From Pirellulales bacterium (GTDB lineage Bacteria; Planctomycetota; Planctomycetia; Pirellulales; PLA5), in the NCBI GenBank assembly GCA_040901705.1, contig JBBDYI010000377.1:1-60942 (forward strand): a stretch of DNA of 60,942 nucleotides. Direction: 5' to 3'. Positions 23,193-32,174 of this stretch are shown here, in pieces; the stretch's first letter is position 1; each line of letters begins with the position of its first letter. The translations under genes were made by a program, and so were the position numbers. The notes below the pieces were generated by a model. The model did not search any database and had not been told where the DNA came from. It saw only the letters and a program-made list of their open reading frames with translations.

Positions 23193-26024
23193 TTATTCGG
23201 CCGTTTCCACGCGCTCCAGCCGCACCGCGCAAACCTTATATTCGGGGATTTTCGCCACCGGATCGACTGCGGCGATGGTCAGGTTGTTGACGTTGGCGTT
23301 GCCGGGAAAGTGGAAATTGCCGAACACCACGCCCGCCGCCACGCGGTCGCTGACCGCCGCTTGGGCGATCATTTCGCCGCGCCGCGAGCTGACGCGCACG
23401 ACGTCGCCGTCGGCCAGTCCCGCCCGCGCCGCGTCCTCGTAGTTGACCTCGACGAGCGTTTGCGGATAAATCGCCGCCAGTCCGGCCGCGCGGCGCGTCA
23501 GTTCGCCGCCGTGCCAGTGATAGAGGACGCGGCCGGTCGTAAGTAGCAAGGGAAACTCGGCGTCGGGCAGTTCCGCCGCATTGAGATGTTCGACGACGTG
23601 GAACTTGCCCCTGCCGCGGGTGAACTTGTCGACGTGCAGGATCGGCGTGCCCGGATGATTCGCGTCGTGGACGGGCCATTGGAGCCGCTCGCCGCGGGCC
23701 AATCGCTCGTGCGACACTCCGGCGTAGGATGGCGTGAGCGCGGCGACTTCGGCCATGATCTCGGCGGGATGCTCATAGTTCCAGCCGGCATGCGGGCCCA
23801 CGGCGCGGCGGCCTTCCAATTCCAAAATGCGCTGGGCGAGCGCCGACGTGATACGCCAATCGGCCCAGGCGTCGCCGGGCGGGTCGATCGCCTGGCGGAC
23901 GAGTTGCACGCGGCGTTCCGTGTTCGTGAACGTGCCATCCTTTTCGGCGAATGCCGCGCCGCTCAGCAGCACGTCGGCATAGACCGACGTTTCCGACGGA
24001 AAGATTTCTTGCAATACGACCAACTCGGCCGCCGCCAGCATCGCTCGAGCGTGATTGCTGTCCGGCTCGGTCATTGCGGGGTCTTCGCCGACGATGTAAA
24101 GGCCGCGCAATTTCCGCGCGCCGGCGGCGCGAATGATTTCCGTTACCGTGAGGCCGGGCGTAGAAACCGATTCGACCGTGCGAGCCGGCGAACGTGCGGA
24201 ATCGTCGCCGGCGCATTGCGTCTTCCACGCCACTGAAAATTTCGCCAGCGCGGCCGGATCGGTCACCGCCTGATAGCCGGGGAACACATTGGGCAGCGCG
24301 CCCATGTCGCACGCGCCCTGGACGTTGTTCTGCCCGCGGAGCGGATTCACGCCTCCGCCCGCAATGCCGATGTTGCCCAGCAGCATTTGCAGATTACCCA
24401 GCGCCAGCACGTTCATCACGCCGGTCGTGTGCTGCGTGATGCCCATCGACCAGAGCACGGCCATCGGGCAGTTGGTGGCGAGCAGTTCGGCGGCTTGGTT
24501 AAGCTGTGTCTCGCTAACGCCGGTCAGGGCGGCGACATAGGCGGGCGTATATCTCGCCAGCGACGCGGCGAATTCGTCGAACCCTTCGCAGCGCTGGCGG
24601 ATGAATCGCTCGTTGTGCCAGCCGTTTTGCAAGATCAGATGCATCAAGCCGTTGAGGAGCGCCACGTCCGTACCGGGCCGCTGTCGCACGTGCAACGCCG
24701 CGAACTCGGTGATGTCGATCCGCCGCGGATCGGCGACGACGAGTTTCAGTCCGCGCCGAAGCACCGCTTGACGGATCATCGCGCCGAACACTGGATGCTG
24801 CTCGGTCGTGTTCGAGCCGATAATCAGCATCGCTGCGGATTGTTCGGCGACGTCGTCCATCGAGTTGCTCATCGCGCCGCTGCCGTAGCACATCGCCAGG
24901 CCGGCCACGGTCGACGAATGGCAGAGCCGCGCGCAATGGTCGACGTTGTGCGTCCCCAGCACGCCGCGGGCGAACTTCTGCAGCAGGTAATTCTCCTCGT
25001 TCGTGCATTTGGCCGACGAGAGCACGGCCAGCGCGTCGCCGCCAAACTCTTGGCGAACGGCGACAAACCGCCGCGCCACCAGATCGAGCGCCGTCGGCCA
25101 ATCGACGGCCACCCACGATTCGGCGTCGAGCGTGGCCGGCTTCGCGCGGCCTTCCAGCAAGTAAGCACGCACTTGCGGCTGCGTCAGTCGCTCGCGGTGA
25201 TCGAGGAAGTCGTAACCGTAACGCCCCTTGACGCACAGCGACATGCCGTTGACTGCCGCGGCGGGATTCGACGTCACACCGATCACGCGCTCGTCCTTCA
25301 CATTCAAGTCGAACTGACAGCCGACGCCGCAATAACCGCAGGTCGTCGTGACGAGGCGATCGGGCGGACCGCCGCCGTAGCTCATGCGGTCGGCAAGCGC
25401 TCCCGTCGGGCAATAGGCCGCGCAGGCTCCGCACGATTCGCAGCGGGCGTCGAGCATCGACTCGCCCATGCCGGCGACGACTTCGAGATTTGCGCCTCGC
25501 TGGGCCAGATGCCAGACCATGCGGCCTTGAATCTCTTCGCACGCCCTCACGCAGCGCGTGCAGTGAATGCACTTGTTCCAATCGACGCGGATGAAAGGGT
25601 TGGCGTCGGAGTCGACCTGGCAACGCGGAGCTATGACGTCATAAGGTCGGTGGGCGTCGTAGCGGCGAACCCAACGCTCGAACTCGGATTCGGCCTTGTC
25701 GCGTTCACCGCTTGCGTAGCCGGGTTTTTCGGCCGCGGCGAAGCGGGCCAGCAGCATTTCGAGCACGAATCGTCGCGAATGCGATAGCTGCGGCGATTCG
25801 GTACGCACGACCATGCCGTCGGCGACCGGCGTGGAACAGGCCGTCATCTGCCGCGTGTAGCCGTCGATCTCCACGACACACAGCCGGCACGTTCCGACGA
25901 CGGACAAGTCCGGATGGTGGCACAGCGTGGGAATCTCGATGCCGCCGGACCGGGCCGCGTCGAGAACCGACTGACGAGGTTCCGCCGAATGCAAGCGGCC
26001 ATCGATCGTAAGCTGGACGGTCAT
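23193..26024 (-). CDS. fdhF: Formate dehydrogenase alpha subunit (Mo/W-bisPGD, Cys-type) with N-terminal Fe-S domains
   Basis: 2Fe-2S motif, CIHCTRCVRAC and CESCGACAAYCP, CGYCGVGC, active site CARLCH, LRGQNNVQG, KIPEYKVCAV. Confidence 0.93.
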   Translation of the reverse strand: MTVQLTIDGRLHSAEPRQSVLDAARSGGIEIPTLCHHPDLSVVGTCRLCVVEIDGYTRQMTACSTPVADGMVVRTESPQLSHSRRFVLEMLLARFAAAEKPGYASGERDKAESEFERWVRRYDAHRPYDVIAPRCQVDSDANPFIRVDWNKCIHCTRCVRACEEIQGRMVWHLAQRGANLEVVAGMGESMLDARCESCGACAAYCPTGALADRMSYGGGPPDRLVTTTCGYCGVGCQFDLNVKDERVIGVTSNPAAAVNGMSLCVKGRYGYDFLDHRERLTQPQVRAYLLEGRAKPATLDAESWVAVDWPTALDLVARRFVAVRQEFGGDALAVLSSAKCTNEENYLLQKFARGVLGTHNVDHCARLCHSSTVAGLAMCYGSGAMSNSMDDVAEQSAAMLIIGSNTTEQHPVFGAMIRQAVLRRGLKLVVADPRRIDITEFAALHVRQRPGTDVALLNGLMHLILQNGWHNERFIRQRCEGFDEFAASLARYTPAYVAALTGVSETQLNQAAELLATNCPMAVLWSMGITQHTTGVMNVLALGNLQMLLGNIGIAGGGVNPLRGQNNVQGACDMGALPNVFPGYQAVTDPAALAKFSVAWKTQCAGDDSARSPARTVESVSTPGLTVTEIIRAAGARKLRGLYIVGEDPAMTEPDSNHARAMLAAAELVVLQEIFPSETSVYADVLLSGAAFAEKDGTFTNTERRVQLVRQAIDPPGDAWADWRITSALAQRILELEGRRAVGPHAGWNYEHPAEIMAEVAALTPSYAGVSHERLARGERLQWPVHDANHPGTPILHVDKFTRGRGKFHVVEHLNAAELPDAEFPLLLTTGRVLYHWHGGELTRRAAGLAAIYPQTLVEVNYEDAARAGLADGDVVRVSSRRGEMIAQAAVSDRVAAGVVFGNFHFPGNANVNNLTIAAVDPVAKIPEYKVCAVRLERVETAE

Positions 26025-26058
26025 GGGGCCATGTCAGGGATATGCACTGCTCGGTGAC

Positions 26059-26934
26059 TCACGCGGAGCGAGCGCCGCCGGGTGAGCGCAAGTAGACGAA
26101 CCAATATACTGCCCCGACCAGCACCGCGCCGCCGACGATATTTCCGAGCGTAACGGGCAGCAAGTTGCCCACCAAGAAATCCGCCGTCGTGATTTGCGAA
26201 AACCCGTCTGCCGACAGGTTCGTCGCCTGCCAGAACGAATCGGGCGCGAAACGGCGAATCAGTATCGCGACGGGCACGAAATACATGTTGGCCACCGAGT
26301 GCTCGAAGCCGCAGGCCACGAACGCGGTGATCGGCGGCACGATCGACAGGACTTTGTCGGTCGTCGACCGAGCGCTATAGCAAAGCCACACCGCCAAACA
26401 GACCAGCGCGTTGCACAACACGCCCAGCGCGAACGCCGACAGCGGCGACAGCGAACACTTGGCGGCGGCAATCCGCAGCGCGGTCGCGCCGATGCTGCCT
26501 CCGCCGAGCGTGTACTGAGCGGAAACGAACACCAGCACCGCCGTGGCCACGGCGCCGACGAAGTTGCCGGCATAAACGATGGTCCAATTGCGGATCACGT
26601 CGCGCGTGGCGACGCGGCCATCGGCCCAGGCCATGACGATCAGATTGTTGCCGGTGAACAATTCCGCGCCGGCGACAACGACCAGGATCAGACCGAGACA
26701 AAACGTGACGCCAGCGACGACGCGAACGACGCCGTACGGCAATTCGCCCGCTCCGGCGACGGAAGTCGTCGAGAATGCCGCGCCGAGCGCGATAAACGCT
26801 CCGGCAAGGATGCCGAGCACGAACAGCCGCCCGGCCGGCATGGCGGCCTTCGTGATGCCGATCTCGGCGGCCTTGGCGGCCATTTGCGGCGGCAATACCG
26901 CGTCGAAGCTGGCGGGTGCGTGCGGTTCGGTCAT
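26059..26934 (-). CDS. focA: Formate/nitrite transporter (FocA)
   Basis: LAGAFIALG, GAELFTGN, CNALVCLAVW, GFEHSVANM, VTLGNIVGG. Start 26934 or 26958. Confidence 0.9.
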   Translation of the reverse strand: MTEPHAPASFDAVLPPQMAAKAAEIGITKAAMPAGRLFVLGILAGAFIALGAAFSTTSVAGAGELPYGVVRVVAGVTFCLGLILVVVAGAELFTGNNLIVMAWADGRVATRDVIRNWTIVYAGNFVGAVATAVLVFVSAQYTLGGGSIGATALRIAAAKCSLSPLSAFALGVLCNALVCLAVWLCYSARSTTDKVLSIVPPITAFVACGFEHSVANMYFVPVAILIRRFAPDSFWQATNLSADGFSQITTADFLVGNLLPVTLGNIVGGAVLVGAVYWFVYLRSPGGARSA

Positions 26935-27060
26935 GTCGAGCCGTGCGATGGAATGCATCCTAAACGTGCGGCGGTTGCGAACGCTCCGTAAGATCGCGGG
27001 TTTTCGCAGCAACTCGCAACGGTCGCTTCAATTGATGCGGTAATTTGATGAGTTTGGTTC

Positions 27061-27075
27061 GCAATTGCCGTGCCA
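27061..27075 (-). promoter_or_regulatory. sigma54 -24/-12 promoter for focA-fdhF
   Basis: TGGCAC-GGCAA-TTGC, exact consensus spacing. Confidence 0.7.
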
Positions 27076-27228
27076 CGGTGTGTGCGGCTGGAGCACGTGC
27101 AGAAAGTGCATAGGTCCGGGGCACGTCTGCGCGGCGGGAAGCCACACGGCGCGCCCTTTCGCACACTCAACCGTGGTTAATCCCCAATTGTAGCGGCGAT
27201 GTGGTCGAATGCGATCATGCCAACGGGT

Positions 27229-27243
27229 CGGCACGGGGGTTGC
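27229..27243 (+). promoter_or_regulatory. sigma54 -24/-12 promoter for the ferredoxin-NADP reductase gene
   Basis: CGGCAC-GGGGG-TTGC. Confidence 0.5.
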
Positions 27244-27361
27244 CCGTCGTAATCCGGCCTAACGCCGGGATGGTATAGCGATGCTGACCGCGGCAATCTC
27301 AACGTTCGCGACACACGACGAGTTGTGCGACACTATACGCGAGACAAAATACGATGACGCG

Positions 27362-28336
27362 ATGAACGACCATGAAAGCGCCAAAGCGATGCCAACGATC
27401 GGCGAAATCGGACGTCGGTCGTGCAATGCTTACAACGCCGAACTTGTCGAAGTAGTCGAAATTCACGAGGGTTTGCGAATTCTCCGCGTGCGGCCCGACG
27501 GCGGTCCGATCAGTTATCGTGGTGGGCAGCACACGGTGCTTGGGCTCGGCGCGTGGGAGAAACCGATCGTTGGCGGTCCGCAGTGGCCGATCGATGCTGG
27601 CGACCGGCGGATCATCAAGCGGGCGTACTCGTTCTCGTCGCCGATTCTCGATGGCGGCGGAACGCCGACGGTCGCCGCGGCCAACGGACTGATCGAGTTC
27701 TACGTCACACTCGTGCCGGCGACGGCGGAACATCCGCCGGGCTTGACGCCGCGGCTGTTTGCACTTGCGCCCGGCGATCGGCTGTTGGTCGGCGATCGCG
27801 CGACGGGACATTACACGCTCGGCAACGTTCGGTTGGACGGCACCATCGTTTTTGCGGCCACCGGCACGGGCGAAGCACCGCATAACGCGATGCTGGCCGA
27901 ACTGCTCGCCGCAGGGCATCGCGGGCCAATCGTGTCCCTTGTTTGCGTGCGATTGGAGCGCGACCTCGGCTATCTCGCCACGCATCGCCGGGTCGAGTCG
28001 CGTTGGCCGAACTATCGCTACGTCCCGCTAACGACGCGCGAACCGCGGAACGTCGACGCGACTGCGGCAAACTATGTCGGCAAGCGCTACGTGCAGGATG
28101 TTTTCGAATCGGCCGAGATCGACGCGCTCACCGGCGGGCGACTCGGTCCTTCCGCGGCGCAGGTCTTTCTGTGCGGCAATCCTGCCATGCTCGGCCTGCC
28201 GCGCCGCGAAGGGCCGGGGAGCGACAAGCTCGTTTATCCACGGCCGCGCGGCATGGCGGAACTGCTCGTCGAGCGGGGGTTCACGCCCGATACGCCGACG
28301 CGGCGGGGGAACGTGCATTTCGAGCGTTACTGGTAG
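27362..28336 (+). CDS. Ferredoxin--NADP+ reductase (bacterial Fpr type)
   Basis: RAYS, GLTPRLF, ATGTGEAP, FLCGNPAM, C-terminal ERYW. Start uncertain. Confidence 0.88.
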   Translation: MNDHESAKAMPTIGEIGRRSCNAYNAELVEVVEIHEGLRILRVRPDGGPISYRGGQHTVLGLGAWEKPIVGGPQWPIDAGDRRIIKRAYSFSSPILDGGGTPTVAAANGLIEFYVTLVPATAEHPPGLTPRLFALAPGDRLLVGDRATGHYTLGNVRLDGTIVFAATGTGEAPHNAMLAELLAAGHRGPIVSLVCVRLERDLGYLATHRRVESRWPNYRYVPLTTREPRNVDATAANYVGKRYVQDVFESAEIDALTGGRLGPSAAQVFLCGNPAMLGLPRREGPGSDKLVYPRPRGMAELLVERGFTPDTPTRRGNVHFERYW

Positions 28337-28478
28337 CGATGCCCCAACGCGACTCGCGGCAAAGCGACCAAAAAACGCCAGTTCCCACCGCAATCGTAGC
28401 GTGCGAGAATGTACCGGCACGCGGCCGAACCACTTTGGTTACATCGCGCCGCTTTACTTTGGCCGCGAAAGATTCTGC

Positions 28479-30572
28479 ATGAAACACCGCATTTCGCCGT
28501 GGGCAATCCTGGCCGCCTTTCTGTCGTTGTGGTTCGCGCCGTCGCCGGCCTTTGCGGATGGACCGCAGGATAACGTCGCCAAGAATGTGCGGCCCGTTCC
28601 GCCGCCGGGCGTTGAGATTTCGGCCGAGGAGCGTCAGGAACTTCTCGACAAGGCCACGTGGCTGGAAGAGGCGATCGCCGACCTCGAAAAACGCGATGAC
28701 GCCCGTATCCGCGCGCTGCTGCCGGACGTGCAGATCTTTGCCAAGGCGGTCCGTTGGGCGGTCGAATACGACGAGGTGTTCAACAAGGACGATCTTCGCA
28801 AGCTCGACCAGTGTACGAAGATCGGCTTGAAACGGGCGGCTCAGCTCGGTGCCGGTAAATCGCCGTGGACCGATGCTCGCGGGCTGGTCGTGCGCGGTTA
28901 CGTATCGAAGATCGACGGCAGCGTGCAGCCTTATGGCCTGGTGATTCCCGAATCGTACACGCATCAAACCGCCGGGCGGTATCGGCTCGACGTTTGGTTT
29001 CACGGCCGCGGCGAAACGCTCAGCGAGGCGAACTTTCTGGCCGATCGGATGAAGAACCGCGGTCAGTTCGCGCCGCCGGATACGATCGTGCTGCATCCTT
29101 ATGGCCGGTACTGCAACGCCTTCAAGCTGGCCGGCGAGGTGGACGTGCTCGAAGCGTTTGAGGACGTCAAGCGTCAGTACCGCGTCGACGAGGACCGGAT
29201 CAGCGTCCGCGGCTTTTCGATGGGCGGAGCGGCGGCGTGGCACTTTGCCGTTCACTATCCGTCGCGGTGGTTCGCGGCGAATCCCGGCGCGGGCTTCAGC
29301 GAGACGCCGGAGTTTCTTCGCGTGTTTCAGAACGAAACGATCGAACCGACGCCGTGGGAGAAGAGTTTGCTGCATTACTACGACTGCACCGATTGGGCGC
29401 GGAACATTTCGATGTGCCCGACGGTGGCGTACAGCGGAGAAATCGATTCGCAAAAGCAAGCGGCCGACATCATGGCCAAGGCGCTGGCCGAGGAAGGAAT
29501 GGAGCTACAGCACGTCATTGGCCCGGGGACGAAACATGCTTACCATCCGCAAGCGGCCGTGGAAGTCGAACGGCGGATGAGCGAACTGGCGAAAAAGGGG
29601 CGCACGCACGATACATGGGGCACCAACTTCGTTACGTACACGCTGCGTTTCAATCGATTTGGTGATGTGACGGTCGACTCGCTCAAACAACATTGGAAAC
29701 GGTCGGAGGTCCAGATCAGTGATTCTTTCGAAGTGGAATCTTCCGAGTTGCGCGACGAAGGAGAGGCGCTCAAGCTGTCCAAGTTCGTCGAACGATACGA
29801 CGTCCAAACCAACGGCGTCGCCGCGTTTACGCTCACACTGCCGGCGGGACGGTCGAACGCGAACGCAGACATTCTAGTGGCGATAAATGGTCACGATGTT
29901 ACGATGTCAAAAGCGAAATCGGACGGAAGTTGGACCGGTAGCTTTCACGTCGAGAACTCCCAGCTTGTCGAAGGCGATATATGGGAATCCGGTCCGGCCA
30001 AAGGCGACGGCCTCCGCAAGCGCCATGGCCTGCAAGGTCCGATCGACGATGCATTTCTCGATTCGTTTCTGTTCGTGCGGCCGACCGGCAAGACGCGGCA
30101 CGAGGCGGTTGAGCGGTGGTCGCACGCCGAACTTGACCGGGCGATCGGCGAGTGGCGGCGGCAGATGCGGGGCGATGCTCGCGTAAAGGACGACACGGCC
30201 GTGACCGACGCGGACATTGCGGCCCATAATCTCGTGCTGTGGGGCGATCCCGCGAGCAATGCCGTGCTGGGGCGGATCGCCGAAAAGCTGCCGGTTCGCT
30301 GGGGTGCGGACAAGATCGCCGTCGGCGACAAGACGTTCGCGGCCGATTCGCACGCCGTGGCGATGATCTATCCGAATCCGCTGAATCCGGATCGGTACGT
30401 CGTACTCAACAGCAGCTTTACGTATCGCGAGTACGACTATTTGAACAACGCCCGGCAAGTGCCGAAGCTGCCCGATTGGGCGATTGTCGATTTATCGACG
30501 CCGGCGGGGCCGCGGTATCCGGGCAAGATCGCCGCGGCGGACTTTTTCGACGAAGCGTGGCAACTCAAGTAA
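28479..30572 (+). CDS. Secreted alpha/beta hydrolase, prolyl oligopeptidase-like serine peptidase
   Basis: Signal peptide, WFHGRG, nucleophile GFSMGG, HAYH. Confidence 0.85.
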   Translation: MKHRISPWAILAAFLSLWFAPSPAFADGPQDNVAKNVRPVPPPGVEISAEERQELLDKATWLEEAIADLEKRDDARIRALLPDVQIFAKAVRWAVEYDEVFNKDDLRKLDQCTKIGLKRAAQLGAGKSPWTDARGLVVRGYVSKIDGSVQPYGLVIPESYTHQTAGRYRLDVWFHGRGETLSEANFLADRMKNRGQFAPPDTIVLHPYGRYCNAFKLAGEVDVLEAFEDVKRQYRVDEDRISVRGFSMGGAAAWHFAVHYPSRWFAANPGAGFSETPEFLRVFQNETIEPTPWEKSLLHYYDCTDWARNISMCPTVAYSGEIDSQKQAADIMAKALAEEGMELQHVIGPGTKHAYHPQAAVEVERRMSELAKKGRTHDTWGTNFVTYTLRFNRFGDVTVDSLKQHWKRSEVQISDSFEVESSELRDEGEALKLSKFVERYDVQTNGVAAFTLTLPAGRSNANADILVAINGHDVTMSKAKSDGSWTGSFHVENSQLVEGDIWESGPAKGDGLRKRHGLQGPIDDAFLDSFLFVRPTGKTRHEAVERWSHAELDRAIGEWRRQMRGDARVKDDTAVTDADIAAHNLVLWGDPASNAVLGRIAEKLPVRWGADKIAVGDKTFAADSHAVAMIYPNPLNPDRYVVLNSSFTYREYDYLNNARQVPKLPDWAIVDLSTPAGPRYPGKIAAADFFDEAWQLK

Positions 30573-30610
30573 TCGTAGGGTGCGACGTTGCTATCGCGAC
30601 GAATTCGTTG

Positions 30611-31768
30611 TTACTCGTAGCCGTATTTCTCGAAGTATGCCGACCAACGCTCTCGGATGCGAGTCTTGAGCGTTTCGTCGAGGTTGTGGACGTTCGTACG
30701 ATAATTCTTTTCGCGGGCGGCGTAGGCGGCGATCTTCGGTTCGACTCCGGCGTAGTCGCCGAGGTCGAGTTGTTCGTAGACGCGGCGGACCTCGCCAACC
30801 GGATCGGCAACGAGGTCTTCGTAACGCACGTCGCAGACGGCCGACGGATCGAGCCGCTGGCGTTGATCTTCGAAGCCGCGGTACATCCGTTCGAAGCTGG
30901 CGAACACGAATTCCTCGCGGCGATCGGCTTCCGCGTCGGTGTCGCTCACGACAGTGAAGCCTTGGGCTTCGTCGAGGGCGTACCAGAGCCGCAGCGTCGA
31001 GGGGAAGCTCGAGTACGGATCGCGGGTGATGTGGACGAACTTCGCGCCGGGGAACAGACTTGAAAGAACCTCGATTCGCCCGGTGTGCGGCGGCGACTTG
31101 AGCAGCACGCGTTTGCCGCTGCGCAGGGTAATCAACTTGACGAACTTTTCCATCGCCTGCTCAAACCGCACCAGATCGGCCGGAGCGACGCCACGCATGT
31201 CGAGAAACTCCATATACGGCGGAGGGTCGCTGGGATACGCCATGCGGAAGTACGGCGTCGGCGCGGCGAGAGCCAGCAGCGCGAATTCGTCCTCCTGCGG
31301 ACGCTCGTAGCCCGACGGCATGTTGTCCATCGCGCGTTTTCGAGGCATCAGGAACGACGTGCAACGCGGCAGGAACCACTCGCTCACCAGAAAGTGGTGC
31401 GGCGTGAAGCATTGATACGTCGTGGGCGAGCCGAACCGCTCGTCGAGGAACATCAGTTCGTGCAGCAGCGTCGTGCCGGTCCGCCAGTGGCCGACGATGA
31501 ACACCGGCGGCCGGTCGATCGTGGTGTTCGCGATCCGCCGGCCGTAGAGCAGCGATTGCATCCAGCCGAGGACCGTGTTCATCGGCGTGACGGCGGTGAT
31601 CGCCAGCGCCATCGGAAACCGCAGCGGATGGGCGCGAAAGCCGTGCGACGCCCAGAACTTCATCCAATCGCCCCACCGCATGCCGTGCCAGAAGCGGGGG
31701 CTGCGGGCAGGGTACGGATTGACCTGCGGCTTCTTGCGTCTCGGCGGCGTCTCGGCGGCGGTCGACAT
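30611..31768 (-). CDS. Sulfotransferase (Sulfotransfer_3/Stf-like)
   Basis: VFIVGHWRTGTTLLH (PAPS loop), LLKSPPH, HITRDP, RYEDLV. Confidence 0.9.
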   Translation of the reverse strand: MSTAAETPPRRKKPQVNPYPARSPRFWHGMRWGDWMKFWASHGFRAHPLRFPMALAITAVTPMNTVLGWMQSLLYGRRIANTTIDRPPVFIVGHWRTGTTLLHELMFLDERFGSPTTYQCFTPHHFLVSEWFLPRCTSFLMPRKRAMDNMPSGYERPQEDEFALLALAAPTPYFRMAYPSDPPPYMEFLDMRGVAPADLVRFEQAMEKFVKLITLRSGKRVLLKSPPHTGRIEVLSSLFPGAKFVHITRDPYSSFPSTLRLWYALDEAQGFTVVSDTDAEADRREEFVFASFERMYRGFEDQRQRLDPSAVCDVRYEDLVADPVGEVRRVYEQLDLGDYAGVEPKIAAYAAREKNYRTNVHNLDETLKTRIRERWSAYFEKYGYE

Positions 31769-32007
31769 GCGGCGAAGGGGGGGCTTTCCGGCAAAAGTAC
31801 GCATCAGCGTCCGCGGTCGAGGCGGGACCACGCCGATGGGCAATTTTAAGTCAGAAGCGGGCGAAGCGATACGGTGCGGCGCGCCAGACGGGATATTTTC
31901 AGACGCTCGGCACACATTGCGTGTTTGCGCTACAAAACCGCATCGTCGTCGCGGCACGGCTTGCCACATCCAAGGCTATAGAATGCGGAGGAACCGCGTT
32001 TTTATTA

Positions 32008-32035
32008 TTGCTTTTGACGTGGTGAGGATTAAAAT
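32008..32035 (+). promoter_or_regulatory. Putative sigma70 promoter
   Basis: AT-rich upstream tract; TTGCTT-N16-TAAAAT. Confidence 0.35.
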
Positions 32036-32174
32036 CGGGGCCGTAGGGCTGCGCCGGCGCTCTCCAGGGCGCTCTCCAGCTTGAAGCTGGTCGGATGCGG
32101 TGCGGCGGTTCTCGCAATTGTTATATCGAAGATTTCAACGATTCGTTCTTTGTCAGGAATCAGGAGCCTTGCTA

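Noticed and set aside
24915-24945. Selenocysteine in FdhF
   Set aside because: The active site reads CARLCH with a Cys codon and there is no in-frame TGA.
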